A DNA stretch of 64,000 nucleotides from an uncultured Verrucomicrobiota bacterium (GTDB lineage Bacteria; Verrucomicrobiota; Verrucomicrobiia; Limisphaerales; UBA8199), in the NCBI GenBank assembly GCA_942493075.1, contig OW818681.1, forward strand, positions 5,379,509 to 5,443,508, in the 5' to 3' direction. Shown here one piece after another: positions 1-10,495 of this stretch (the stretch's first letter is position 1; the number at the start of each line of letters is the position of its first letter). The translations under genes and the position numbers were made by a program. The notes beneath the pieces were generated by a model that ran no database searches, had not been told where the DNA came from, and saw nothing but the letters and a program-made list of their open reading frames with translations.

Positions 1-2
1 TG

Positions 3-785
3 AACGCACAGAACAATTTTCCAGGAAATGACGCAGCCCCAACGCGCCTCGACGGAACAAGCCGGGGCCCAGAGGGCTCGTTTCCCTATGATCTTGGCAT
101 CATCGTGCCGGTCCGGGAAGGCAGCAGCCGCATCAAAGACAAAGTCCTTCTGCCCTTCGATGACCGTCTGACACTCCTGGAGTGGAAACTTCAGCAACTC
201 TGTGAGGTGATCGACCCCGCCCGTATTTACGTCAGCACGGATTCCGAAAACCTGCAGCGTCTGGCCCAGCCATACGGCGTGAGCATTCATCAACGCGATC
301 CGTATCTTTGCCGGGGCCACGATGCGACTTTCTCGGAAGTTATTTCCGGCATCGTCAAAGACATCCCCCACGAGCACATTGCGTGGGTCACGGTCGTTGT
401 TCCTTTGATGTCACCGGCGGAGTATCAGGAAGGTTTCCTCAGTTACTACAAGCACGTGATCGAGGAGGCCGCCCACGATTCTCTTTTCGCTGCCAATCTT
501 GTGAAGGAATACCTGTGGTGGCCCGACCGTCCGCTGAATTACCAGGCCGACAAGAACCACACAATCAGCCAGCATCTCCCGGACATATACCGGGTCACGA
601 ACGGCCTGTACATGCGCGATAAAGAATCCATTCTGCGCGAGGGCTACTTCCTCGGCCCGAACCCTTACAAATTTCCGGTGAGCAAAGTTGCCGGTGTGGA
701 TATTGATGTGCTGGAAGATTTCCAAATCGCCCGCAGCCTCCGCTGGCTATACGATGGCGCCGAACAACCCGCCGCCTTGCCCTGA
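3..785 (+). CDS. acylneuraminate/ulosonate cytidylyltransferase-family protein (CMP-sugar synthetase), probably 5'-partial
   Basis: ORF-track 105..785. 'GIIVPVREGSSRIKDKVLLPF' resembles the IIPARxGSxRxxxKN strand-loop of CMP-NeuAc/CMP-Kdo synthetases and is followed by 'VSTDSE'. The track start (GTG 105) would cut that first strand. The same frame is stop-free back to nt 3 and has no ATG/GTG/TTG, so the gene likely continues off the left edge. Confidence 0.7.
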   Translation, partial: NAQNNFPGNDAAPTRLDGTSRGPEGSFPYDLGIIVPVREGSSRIKDKVLLPFDDRLTLLEWKLQQLCEVIDPARIYVSTDSENLQRLAQPYGVSIHQRDPYLCRGHDATFSEVISGIVKDIPHEHIAWVTVVVPLMSPAEYQEGFLSYYKHVIEEAAHDSLFAANLVKEYLWWPDRPLNYQADKNHTISQHLPDIYRVTNGLYMRDKESILREGYFLGPNPYKFPVSKVAGVDIDVLEDFQIARSLRWLYDGAEQPAALP

Positions 786-817
786 TAATTAAGAGACCGC
801 GATTTTAACGAAAGACG

Positions 818-3800
818 ATGAGCCAGAGCGCCCACCTCCGCACGGATGCCCGGGCGCCCGGAACGAATAGCATGATGCACAACCATCTCTGTCTGGCCAG
901 CAACTACCTGATCATGTCCGAGGCGACTCGGCAAATGTGGATCGAATTGGATCGCCAACTGGACGCGGCCGGGAGCCGGCTGGTACTGTTGAATACGGTT
1001 CTGCCAGATCCCCCACTGCCCTTTCCGGTCATTCCCATTTCGTTCCTGCTTCGCGATTATGCGCGCAACTACCCTGGCGCACTGGCGCAGGGAGGCAGCA
1101 TTTCGACAGCCGATCTTGAGCTTCTCGAAAATGATTCAGCCCGCGCCGAAGGGTGTTATCCACCTGCGGACGCTTCTGCCGGCCTGATCGCCTGCCGCAA
1201 TTTTGTTTCCACTCTGTTAACGACGCTCCGGCCAAGCCATGTTCTGGCCTGGGATTCCACATCTCCCCTGGCCGCAGTCCTCCAAGCCGCAGCCCTCCAG
1301 CATAACCTGCCTTTTCACGCGATCGAACGCGGGTTGCTGCCGGAGACCTTAGGAGTCGAGAGTCGTGGCATTTTCGCATCGTCCGATCTGCGCAGCCATT
1401 GGCTTGCGCAGGATATTCCAGCGGCTGAACCGGCAGCTTACGAAAAAATCCGCTCCTATTATCTACAGCACAAGCCTCAGAAGTATGACCAACCCGCTTT
1501 TGGCGGAGGTGGAGCCGAGGTACGTGAACGGCTGGGAATCGGCAACCGAAAGGTTCTGGTTTTCTTCGGCCATTACGATGCCTGCGGTCTTGCGCCCAAG
1601 TCAGGTGGCCAGCGCCGGTATCATTCGCCCGCATTCAGTTCCACGCAGGAAGCACTGATGGCAGTCTGGGCCGAGGTTGAGAAAGACCCGGATGTTGCGC
1701 TCATTTTCAAACCGCACCCGATCGACCGTGATCCGTACGCAGTGGCCAAGATCGAAGGCGTCCACGTGGTACGTGATGAAAACCCCCATGCTCTGATTGA
1801 CCTTGCGGATGCGGTCATTGCGCAACTGACAACTCTTCAGTTCGAAGCCGCGCTTTATGACAAGCCCGTGGTATTGATGGGAGCCAGCGCCTGGTCGGGT
1901 AGAAATGCCACTTACGAGGTCAACTCTCGTGAAGATCTTCGCCCCGCTTTGCGTGCAGCACTAAAACGCACGGATTGGAAAGATGTCTCCGCCAACGCCC
2001 GGGCATTCCTTACCTGGTCGATGGAAAACTTTCACATCGGCTGCACGCCATCCTCACCCACCCGGCGCAAGCTGGACGATTTCGCGCGATTCATCGTTCG
2101 CACGTCGATGGACTGCCGCAACCTGCCCTCGCGTGAGGAACGCTGGGATCAGACGCAATCGGCGCTGCGCGAAATGGAATCAGGCGCTGTGGTTCGCCCC
2201 AGCCAGCGGGTTCCCGCTGCCCCACCGCCAATCGAACCGATGTCTTTCACAACCGTGCCTGGCTCCAACACAGCCGCCGCGCCGGCGGAGCAGCCAGTCC
2301 CGTTCGAGGCGCTGCCGGGAGACCGTGGAGACGTTAAAGGATTTAACTCCGAGCCTATGCTTGATGAGCAGGCCTGGCAAAGGTTGCTGGATCAAGCTCG
2401 TGAAGCGGTCGCAGGATCAAACTGGGCTGCAGCGTTTTTGAAGTACAGGCATCTGCTGGGGGCCACAGCCCGGTTGTTGCCCGCGCAGTCCGCCATACTA
2501 GCCAGCGAACTGGCCCGGGTACTGCCTGAGGCCCTACCCACGGCTTCCCAACCGCAACTAGCCGGGTTCTTGCGCGCCCTTGAACTCCATCCTGCGTTTG
2601 CCGTTGAACTGGCCGCAGTGCTGGGGAAGAAAACCGGAGAAACTGCTCCGGCTCTGCTGGCCCTGGGAATCAGTTCCGCCGGTTCAGGGCGCCATGATGC
2701 GGCCCTCGATGCCTTCAAGAAGGCCCAAACGGCTGCAACGAATACGCCTCAATTGCAGCCGGTGATCACCGAGTTTATCGATCTCGCCGCGACCAGCTTA
2801 AATGCGCGCCGGGCCAACGGTTGGGCCAGTCGAAACCCCACACCATTCCCGCTGGCAGCAGATGGCCGCCCGAAGCTTTCTCCTGTATGGTTCGAGGTCA
2901 CTTCCTTCTGCAACCAAACCTGCTCTTTCTGCCCGGATCAATGGCGCAAAACCAAACGCCAGTTTATCAGCCTCGAAGTGTTCAAGCGTTCTGTGGACGA
3001 ACTTAAGCGCGATTTCCACGTTGAATACCTGCAGCTTAACGCCTATGGCGAGCCGTTGCTCCATCCGCAATTCGAGCAAATGCTGACGTACCTTCGTGAA
3101 GGCCATGCGCCGTGTCCGTTCTTCTTCACTACTCACGGCATGACGCTGAACGACCGCAACATTGCCATGCTGGATCGCGCTCATCCTCACGGCATCTGCG
3201 TTTCCTTGCAGAATGACTGCAACGAATCCTACGCAGCCTCACGCGATGTGCGCCTTGGAGATTACGACAAACTGGCCAGGCAATGCCGCAACCTCGTGGA
3301 GCGCTTCGTGCAGAACCGCCGAGCCTGTCACGTGCGCCTCTATCAACTGGTCCGCAACGGCAAAGAAGGGTTCGGGGTTCCTGAGAAAGTGCTGGCCGCC
3401 TTTCCCCCCCAACTGGGAACGGTTTGCCGCTTCAGTGCGGCGCTGGGAAGACTCGCTTCGTCCCCTGGCGGATAATCGGGTTGTTTTCGCGGTGCGCAAC
3501 ACCGATGATCAGATTCGTGAAGCGTTTGAACAGGCAGATCATCCGGCCTGGTGGGTCAAGCTCGACCTGCTGCGCTGGAAAGATCAGTTCGGCGGGGAGC
3601 AAAGCGCGTTTATCTGTCCCCGGCCGGTTGGCACTTATGCCAATCAACTCCCTCATCACACGCCAGGCTGGCAGGTCACACAGGATACCTTTAACTCGGG
3701 AGACTGCTTCTTCACTCGCAAGCCCGGTCTGGCCGTTTTTTCCAATGGCAACCTGGGAGTGTGCTGTTTGAGCGTCGACCAGAACGCCTCCTTCGGGCGG

Positions 3801-3989
3801 CTCCAGGATTTCGGCAGCCTCAAAGCCGCCCTATCCAGCGAAGCCTGCTTCCGAATGTTCGCCGAGCTTTCCAATGGCGTCGCACGCTGCCAGGAATGCA
3901 AGGTCTGCCTTGGCCGTATTGAACGCTGCGCTGAAAACCCTTCACAACCCGCCGCGCCCTGCCCCGCGGAAGCCGTGTGCCAGGACTGA
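818..3989 (+). pseudogene. KpsC/KpsS-LpsZ-like capsule-biosynthesis domain fused to a radical SAM + SPASM/twitch domain, split by a 1-nt frameshift as sequenced
   Basis: ORFs 818..3475 and 3162..3989 join into one reading frame if the C7 run at 3404..3410 is read as C6 (...EKVLAAFPP|NWERFAASVRRWEDSL...). N-terminal motifs are 'KVLVFFGHYD', 'ALIFKPHPIDRD' and 'ADAVIAQLTTLQFEAALYDKPVVLMGASAW' (Capsule_synth-like). The radical SAM box is 'FEVTSFCNQTCSFCPDQW' (CX3CX2C). The downstream frame has Cys-rich 'GDCFF...GNLGVCC' and 'CQECKVCLGRIERC'. Confidence 0.65.
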
Positions 3990-3998
3990 TTACTTTTT

Positions 3999-6900
3999 AT
4001 GACCGACGCTACTTTTCCTTTGTCCGATCTGCCCGCCGATCTTTGGCGCCGCGAAGAATCCCTCTGCCGCGCCGACGAGATCATCTCTCAAAGCGAAGGT
4101 AAGATCGCCGCGGTGTCATTCGACTTCTTCGACACGATGGTCTGGCGGTTGGTAAACAAGCCAACCGATGTGTTCTGCGAACTCAGTACGCGGTTGCAGC
4201 GCCAGGGCCAGATGCGCCGTGCCTTTTCCCATCAGGAGTTCGAAGTCCTGCGACGGCACGCAGAGATCAAGACGCGCGAGCATCAGGCGATGAGGGACCA
4301 CACCCGCGAAGACATCAGCATCGTGGACATCTATAGCCGGATGTCCGCCGTGGTGACGGACACTGAGGCAGCCATTGAAACCGAATATCAAGCCGAGTGC
4401 GACCTATGTGTGCTCAATCCGTTTATGGCGTCCTTTGCGATGCACCAGCGGAGCCAGGGACGCAAGCTGATGATCGTCTCGGATATTTATCTTTCCGCTA
4501 CTCAACTGGGCGGCATCCTGCGAGCCAACAAGGTCGATCCTTCCCTTTTCGACGTGCTGGTGACCTCGTGTGACGAAGGTGTATGCAAAGGCACAGGAAA
4601 TCTCTTCAAACGCGCCCTTAAAAAGGCTGGTCTGGCTCCTGAAGAGGTGCTGCACCTGGGAGATAATGTGACCGCGGATGTCACCGGTGCCCGCAAGGCC
4701 GGCGTGCGTGGCTGCCACTATACGCAAGTCTCCCCGCGCACGCGCACCGTTATGGAGCGCGAACGGATTTTGCTCGGAGGCCAAAGCCCCGTGTTTGGTG
4801 CCCACTCGCTGCGCACCATGGCCACGCGCAGCCAGCCAAACGACTCGGAAGAAGCTTTCTTTGGACAGATGGGCGCCCTCCTGATGGGCCCACTGCTGAC
4901 ACGTTATGCTGCCTGGGCGTGCGAACAATGGGTGGCTGCGGGCGTGCGAAAGGTCGGGGCTCTCATGCGCGAAGGCGAGCTGTTTGGGAAGCTGCTGCAG
5001 CAGGAAGCAGATGCCCGCGGGCACGACCTCGAAGTAATTCCACTTTTCATTAACCGCAAGGCTACAGATCTCGCAGCCATTCACCGGCTCACGGCCGATA
5101 ATCTTATCGCCTGGCTTGAGGCCCGCCCCACCCTCTCGGTTAAAACCATCCTCAGTCATTTCGGACTCAGCGGCCCCGTGGTTGCTCAGCTTCCCCTGAA
5201 TCTGGAGGACAAGGCGGACAAGCCGGAGAAAATCCTCCGGCTGGCCAAGTTCCTGTTCACTCCGGAAATCGCGAGGCGCATCGAAGCTCGCAGCGCCGAG
5301 GAGCGGCGCAAAGTCATCGATTACCTGCGCCCCTGGCTGGAAGGCGGCTATCCAATCGGCCTCAGCGACATTGGTTACAGCGCCTCCGCTCAGACACAAC
5401 TCCAGCGCATCTTTGATTTGGAGGGGATCAAGACCCAGATGATCGGCTGTTACCTCGTCGGCTATGAACGAGCAGCGGATCGCGTGCTGGATGGAGTCGA
5501 TATCCGCACGTTCCTCGGGGATTACGGGCATCCTGATTTCTTCTTCCGTGCGTTCGTCCGCTCCCCGGCGTTCATGGAACAATCCCTGGTTGCCGCCATG
5601 GGCACGACGCTCGGTTACGAGCGGCTGGCTGACGGCTCGGTAAAACCGATCCTGGATCGCACCCCTTACGATGACACGATGATGGATCGCCAAAAGCGCT
5701 TCAAACAGGGCGTTTTGGATTTCCAACGACTCTGGCTCTGGGCAAGCTGCCTCCGCCCCGGCCTGATGGATGGCACGACCGAGCTCTCAAGACGTATCCT
5801 TGCGGATGTGGATCTAGGCTTCATGCCCATCCTGGCCCGCGCTACTGCATTCCCGCTCACCACTGAGGTTGCCCGTTTCGGCTCTCTGGCGCTGGATGAT
5901 TATTATTTCGAAGACAACTACAAGCCTCTCTGCGGCGATAAGGACGTCGAGAAACTGCGAACAAAAGGCCTGGCTCAAATCATGGGCGAGCCTGGAGTGC
6001 ACTGGCCCCATGGCGTCTTTCATAAAGAGAATCCCCGCACTGCCCGCGAATTCTTCTCGTGTGCCAAAGCGATGCTTTGGTGCAACGTCAAACCGGACAC
6101 CGACGGTGTCCAGTCGGACCTAACTGTGATCCTGCCTGCGGGCTCCCGGCCGGCTGCCCTGCGTGAATGCCTCGCCAGGTTGCGCAACACCACACAGCAA
6201 GGTTTGCGCGTGGATGTGGTCGTCCTGATCGCATCCGGCCAGAAGGAAATGTCAGCCGCAGCGCTGGAGTTTAGCCGTCCGAACATCTCGATCCACATCT
6301 ACGAGCGTGGCCCGGGACAGACCCTCACACAACAGATCAACAATGTGGCGGACGATTCCGAAGCGCCGTTCCTGCTTTTCCTCGATGAAGGAGTCCTGCT
6401 GCCCAGCGGCTGGGATGCACCATTGCTCGAGATGCTCAAGCCGGATTCCGATGTGGCAGCAGCCGTCCCGGTCATGCGCCGTCTCCGCGAAGCTTCTGAC
6501 AACCCGGTGGACGCGCTGCGCGTTTTCCTGATCAAGAGAAGGGCGTTTGTCGAAGGCCTGGGGCTGAGCGAAGAAGTCAGCATCACCGCCGCGATTTGGA
6601 AGCTTGCGCATCATCTGCAAGCCATGCGCCAGCCGGTTCAGCTTTGCCCGTCGGTAACTGTCGAATTGAAGCACGGCGAAAGCTGTGTTCCGATCAACGG
6701 CAGCGACCGCGCTTACCTGGCACAGCACTGCCCTGCTTATCCGCAACTGACTAGGACACTATGCCGTGAAACCGCTAACCCGGCGGCGCAAGCCGCAAAA
6801 GCGACCCAGACCACGCAATTGGATTGGGTCGGATCGTTCCTGGATCACGGAAGCTTGTCGCAGGTGAACCGCGAGCTTACGAGCGCTTTGCGAACGACAC

Positions 6901-9900
6901 CAGGTCTCACTCTCAGGTGTGTCTCAAACGGGGCAGCACCGGCCAAGGGTCTTTCCTGCCCGAAAGGTTTCGAGGTAGTCTCGCAACCCTCAGCCAACGC
7001 GGCGGTGACTGTTCGCCATGCGTGGCCACCGGATTGGAGTCCGATGAAACAAGGCGCACTGGTGGTTATCCAGCCATGGGAGTATGGCTCGCTGCCTGTG
7101 GATTGGGTGGAGAAGTCCGCGAACGTTCAACAGTTCTGGGTCCCCTCCGAGTACGTGCGCAAGGTCTATGTCGATTCAGGGATTCCTGAGGCCAAGCTCA
7201 AAGTGGTCCCCAACGGGATCGACCCGGCACGATTCAATCCTCAGGCTGTTCCGTTCCAACTGCCGACCAGGAAGACGTTCAAGTTTCTTTTTGTAGGTGG
7301 CACGATCCATCGCAAAGGTCCGGACGTGCTCCTCCAGGCGTTCGTGCAGGCCTTCAATGCCCAGGATGATGTTTGCCTGGTCATAAAGGATTTTGGCGGG
7401 AAAAGTTTCTACGCCGGCCAGACAATGGAGGACGCTGTGCGCTTTGCCCAAAGCCAGCCCAATGCGCCTGAAATCGTATATCTGAACGAGGAACTGCCTC
7501 CCGAAAGCTTGCCCGGGCTCTACACCGCTTGTGATTGCCTGGTGCATCCATACCGCGGTGAAGGTTTCGGCCTGCCGATTCTGGAAGCCATGGCCTGTAG
7601 TTTGCCTGTGATCGTCACCTCTGGTGGCGCCGCTGATGATTTTGCCCGGCCAGAACTGGTTTACCGTGTGGCAGCAACACGTCGCAACCTCGGCCGCCGT
7701 TTGGGCGACTACGATCTCGTGAAGGATGCGTGGGTACTCGAACCGTCTCTTCCGGAAACCGCAGCCCGCATGCGCCATGTCTTTGAGCATCGTGACGAGG
7801 CCCGGTCTCGCGGTCGCGCCGCTGGCGAGTACGCCCGCCAGAACTGGACCTGGGCGGCCGCCGCACAACAGATCAATGTCCATCTGCAAGGTCTCCTGCG
7901 TGAGCCGCGCACCGTCGAAGCACCCGCACCCGCGTCTCAGACGCTTGTTTCAAAACCCGCCGTCAAAGCCGCACGGATCGTTGTTCCAGCATGCGGTCTG
8001 CTCGCCCAACTGGGTGATGCTCGCGCCGCGTTGGGACGCAAAGATTACCCCAAAGCCTGGGGCGCCTGTCTCACAGCCGTCGAAGAGCGGCCCTTCCACC
8101 CCGAAGCTGCGCTGCTGATGGCTGAAATCGCCCTCGCCGCAGGCGATGGAGATTCCGCACGGCTTTGCGCCCAGCAAGCCTCGACCATGGCTCCCGGATG
8201 GAAGCCCGCCAAGAAATTTCTCAAAGGCAATCTGCGTGGCAAAGCTCACCCCGCCTGGCTCACCATGCCGGAGAGCTGGCGCAAAGACGCAACTGCGACC
8301 CCGAAACTTTCCGTCTGCTTAATTGCCAGGAACGAGGAGAAGTTCCTTGGCCAATGCCTCAAGTCCATTCAGGCTCTGGCCTCGCAAATTGTAGTCGTGG
8401 ATACCGGGTCCACTGATCGAACGGTGGAGATCGCTCGTGAACACGGGGCTGAAGTGCATCACTTCAAGTGGTGCGACGATTTTAGCGCCGCCCGCAATGC
8501 GGCCTTGCTGCACGCTCGTGGCGACTGGGTTCTGATGCTGGATGCCGACGAGGAGCTCACCGCTGAGAACCACGCCGCTCTGCAAAAACTGTTGCGCGAA
8601 AAGAATGTCATCGCCTGGCGCTTACCGCTGGTAGATATCGGACGCGAAAGCGATGGGTGTTCTTACGTGCCGCGCCTGTTCCGCAACGCTCCGGCCCTGT
8701 TTTATGTGAGCCGCGTCCACGAGCAGGTTTTCAGCAGCATTGAAGTGCGCCGGGCGCAATGGGACATGGAAAACCGGCTCGGCAATGCACCCCTGCTCCA
8801 TCACGGGTATCGCCCGGAAATTATCCAGGAGCGCGGCAAGATCGAGCGCAACCTGCGCTTGCTTGAGCTCGCCGTGCAGGAAATGCCTGGCGAATGCAGC
8901 CTGCTAATGAATTACGGACTGGAACTAACACGCTCCGGGCAGGCCGAAGCCGGGCTGGTCCAGTATCGTCTCGCGGTGGATGCCATGTCGGCACTCCCAC
9001 CGGTGCAGGTGGTCCCTGAAACGCGCGAAATGCTGCTCAGTCAGATCGCCACACAGTTACTGGCAGCGGGCCAATTGGAAGAGCTGGTACGCACCCTCAC
9101 CTCCCCCCTGGCCGCTGCAAAGCCCGGGCTGACCGCTTCACTCCATTTCTCCCTGGGCCTGGCCCTCATGCGACTCAAGCGCTTCGAGGAAGCTGCCGAG
9201 AACTTCAAAGCGTGTATCGATAAACGTCATTTGCCTGCCCTGGCACCGATTGTCAATGAGATCACCAAGGCCGGCCCTCGCCATTGCCTGGCACTCTGCC
9301 TGGTTCAATTGAACCGCAAGGAGGCCGGCGCAGAGGAGTTTGCCCGGGCCCTCAAGGACGACCCGGCTTCACGCCCGTTGCGCCTGGATTATGCGCAATT
9401 TCTCATGGCCGATAATCGCGCGGTTGATGCCCTGCAACAACTCCATGCGCTGGCTAGCGAGAATCCCTCAGATCCGCTGGCGTGGCGCCTTGGTGCGCAG
9501 GTCGCACTGAGCCACCCGGAGTTCATCGAGGTGGCCTGCGATTGGACGCAGGAAGCTCGGCAGCATCATCCCAACGATCAGGTCCTTATCGCCGCTGCGG
9601 GTGAAGCCCAGTTGCTCAGCGGTAAAATTTCCGAAGCACAACGCATCTGGAACGAGATGCGCACGGATGGCGCTCCGGATTCCCGGCAGGAGGCCGCCTC
9701 CATCATTTGTGCGCTGCTGAGCGGTTCGCTTGCTCAGGCGATCAGTGGTTCGGAAGCCGCGGTCAGTCGCGAGTTCCTACGCTGGTACCAGAGACTGCTC
9801 CAGTTTGGGGCGCATGAGACCATCGCCCAATTGAATAAATCCTGTGCACAATTGGCCAAGGTCCTGCCCACGGCAGCGGCAATGTTGGAGGCGGCCATTC

Positions 9901-9947
9901 GGGAAGCAGGTCCCGAACAGTCCGAAACTCTGGCGGCTCGCGCCTAG
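3999..9947 (+). CDS. 1982-aa multidomain glycosyltransferase: HAD-like hydrolase / unknown region / GT2-like / GT4 (GT-B) / TPR / GT2 / long TPR-like tail
   Basis: Single uninterrupted ORF starting 9 nt after the previous stop. HAD motif I is 'VSFDFFDTMVWR', with 'MIVSDIY' and 'HLGDNVTADV'. The first GT-A module is 'LTVILPAGSRPAALRECL...FLLFLDEG'. The GT-B module is 'FKFLFVGGTIHRKGPDVLL...RGEGFGLPILEAMACSLPVIVTSGGAADDF'. The second GT2 is 'LSVCLIARNEEKFLGQCL...VVVDTGSTDRT...LMLDADEEL'. The C-terminal ~450 aa are helical and repeat-like. Confidence 0.85.
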   Translation: MTDATFPLSDLPADLWRREESLCRADEIISQSEGKIAAVSFDFFDTMVWRLVNKPTDVFCELSTRLQRQGQMRRAFSHQEFEVLRRHAEIKTREHQAMRDHTREDISIVDIYSRMSAVVTDTEAAIETEYQAECDLCVLNPFMASFAMHQRSQGRKLMIVSDIYLSATQLGGILRANKVDPSLFDVLVTSCDEGVCKGTGNLFKRALKKAGLAPEEVLHLGDNVTADVTGARKAGVRGCHYTQVSPRTRTVMERERILLGGQSPVFGAHSLRTMATRSQPNDSEEAFFGQMGALLMGPLLTRYAAWACEQWVAAGVRKVGALMREGELFGKLLQQEADARGHDLEVIPLFINRKATDLAAIHRLTADNLIAWLEARPTLSVKTILSHFGLSGPVVAQLPLNLEDKADKPEKILRLAKFLFTPEIARRIEARSAEERRKVIDYLRPWLEGGYPIGLSDIGYSASAQTQLQRIFDLEGIKTQMIGCYLVGYERAADRVLDGVDIRTFLGDYGHPDFFFRAFVRSPAFMEQSLVAAMGTTLGYERLADGSVKPILDRTPYDDTMMDRQKRFKQGVLDFQRLWLWASCLRPGLMDGTTELSRRILADVDLGFMPILARATAFPLTTEVARFGSLALDDYYFEDNYKPLCGDKDVEKLRTKGLAQIMGEPGVHWPHGVFHKENPRTAREFFSCAKAMLWCNVKPDTDGVQSDLTVILPAGSRPAALRECLARLRNTTQQGLRVDVVVLIASGQKEMSAAALEFSRPNISIHIYERGPGQTLTQQINNVADDSEAPFLLFLDEGVLLPSGWDAPLLEMLKPDSDVAAAVPVMRRLREASDNPVDALRVFLIKRRAFVEGLGLSEEVSITAAIWKLAHHLQAMRQPVQLCPSVTVELKHGESCVPINGSDRAYLAQHCPAYPQLTRTLCRETANPAAQAAKATQTTQLDWVGSFLDHGSLSQVNRELTSALRTTPGLTLRCVSNGAAPAKGLSCPKGFEVVSQPSANAAVTVRHAWPPDWSPMKQGALVVIQPWEYGSLPVDWVEKSANVQQFWVPSEYVRKVYVDSGIPEAKLKVVPNGIDPARFNPQAVPFQLPTRKTFKFLFVGGTIHRKGPDVLLQAFVQAFNAQDDVCLVIKDFGGKSFYAGQTMEDAVRFAQSQPNAPEIVYLNEELPPESLPGLYTACDCLVHPYRGEGFGLPILEAMACSLPVIVTSGGAADDFARPELVYRVAATRRNLGRRLGDYDLVKDAWVLEPSLPETAARMRHVFEHRDEARSRGRAAGEYARQNWTWAAAAQQINVHLQGLLREPRTVEAPAPASQTLVSKPAVKAARIVVPACGLLAQLGDARAALGRKDYPKAWGACLTAVEERPFHPEAALLMAEIALAAGDGDSARLCAQQASTMAPGWKPAKKFLKGNLRGKAHPAWLTMPESWRKDATATPKLSVCLIARNEEKFLGQCLKSIQALASQIVVVDTGSTDRTVEIAREHGAEVHHFKWCDDFSAARNAALLHARGDWVLMLDADEELTAENHAALQKLLREKNVIAWRLPLVDIGRESDGCSYVPRLFRNAPALFYVSRVHEQVFSSIEVRRAQWDMENRLGNAPLLHHGYRPEIIQERGKIERNLRLLELAVQEMPGECSLLMNYGLELTRSGQAEAGLVQYRLAVDAMSALPPVQVVPETREMLLSQIATQLLAAGQLEELVRTLTSPLAAAKPGLTASLHFSLGLALMRLKRFEEAAENFKACIDKRHLPALAPIVNEITKAGPRHCLALCLVQLNRKEAGAEEFARALKDDPASRPLRLDYAQFLMADNRAVDALQQLHALASENPSDPLAWRLGAQVALSHPEFIEVACDWTQEARQHHPNDQVLIAAAGEAQLLSGKISEAQRIWNEMRTDGAPDSRQEAASIICALLSGSLAQAISGSEAAVSREFLRWYQRLLQFGAHETIAQLNKSCAQLAKVLPTAAAMLEAAIREAGPEQSETLAARA

Positions 9948-9971
9948 GAAGAACTCAAGGGGATCTCCAGT

Positions 9972-10493
9972 TTACAGGCTGGCGATCCGCTTCAGAATGG
10001 TCGTAGTGGATTTGCCGGGGACGAACGGTAGGATGCAAACTTTGCCGCCTGCGCTTTCCACGGTCCGCCGCTCCTCCTGGTTGATCGTGTCCAGGGTGTA
10101 ATCGCCGCCCTTAACGTAGATATCAGGGCGAGCCACCCCCAAGAACCGGTTGGCGCTCTTTTCGGAGAAAATACAAACCCCATCCACGCTCTGCAAGGCA
10201 GCCACCACGACAGCGCGGTCATTCTCGGTATTCACGGGACGGCCTTCGCCCTTGAGTTCGCGCACACCAGCATCTCCATTCAACCCGACGAGCATTACCT
10301 CACCAAGATTGCGAGCCGATTCCAAGTAAAGCACATGGCCGGGATGCAGCAAATCGAAGCAACCGTTGGTGGCCACCAACCGTTTTCCCGCTGCCCGAAT
10401 GGCGGCTCGCCATGCTGGCAAGTCCTCCCATGCTACCAGTTTTTCGCGCAAATTCACTGCCGCGATTCTGCTGGGGCGCAACGGATTCGACAA
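9972..10493 (-). CDS. rfaE2: D-glycero-beta-D-manno-heptose 1-phosphate adenylyltransferase (RfaE domain II / HldC-type cytidylyltransferase-fold protein)
   Basis: 'LVATNGCFDLLHPGHVLYLESARNLGEVMLVGLNGD...GEGRPVNTENDRAVVVAALQSVDGVCIF...PDIYVKGGDY...GKSTTTILKRI' matches the nucleotidyltransferase HxGH signature and the RfaE-II layout. The apparent start is TTG. It lies 2 nt downstream of nupC on the same strand. Confidence 0.85.
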   Translation of the reverse strand: MSNPLRPSRIAAVNLREKLVAWEDLPAWRAAIRAAGKRLVATNGCFDLLHPGHVLYLESARNLGEVMLVGLNGDAGVRELKGEGRPVNTENDRAVVVAALQSVDGVCIFSEKSANRFLGVARPDIYVKGGDYTLDTINQEERRTVESAGGKVCILPFVPGKSTTTILKRIASL

Positions 10494-10495
10494 TC

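Noticed and set aside
3162-3403. The 5' part of track ORF 3162..3989 (starting 'MPCWIALILTASAFPC...').
   Set aside because: This stretch overlaps the radical SAM core, which is read convincingly in the other frame. Only the part downstream of the C7 tract looks genuine.
4404-5726. A 440-aa antisense ORF lies inside the 1982-aa glycosyltransferase gene. Similar ones are at 6252..6746 and 7176..7889.
   Set aside because: There are no family motifs, and they are fully nested in a longer ORF that has multiple recognisable domains. They are shadow ORFs.
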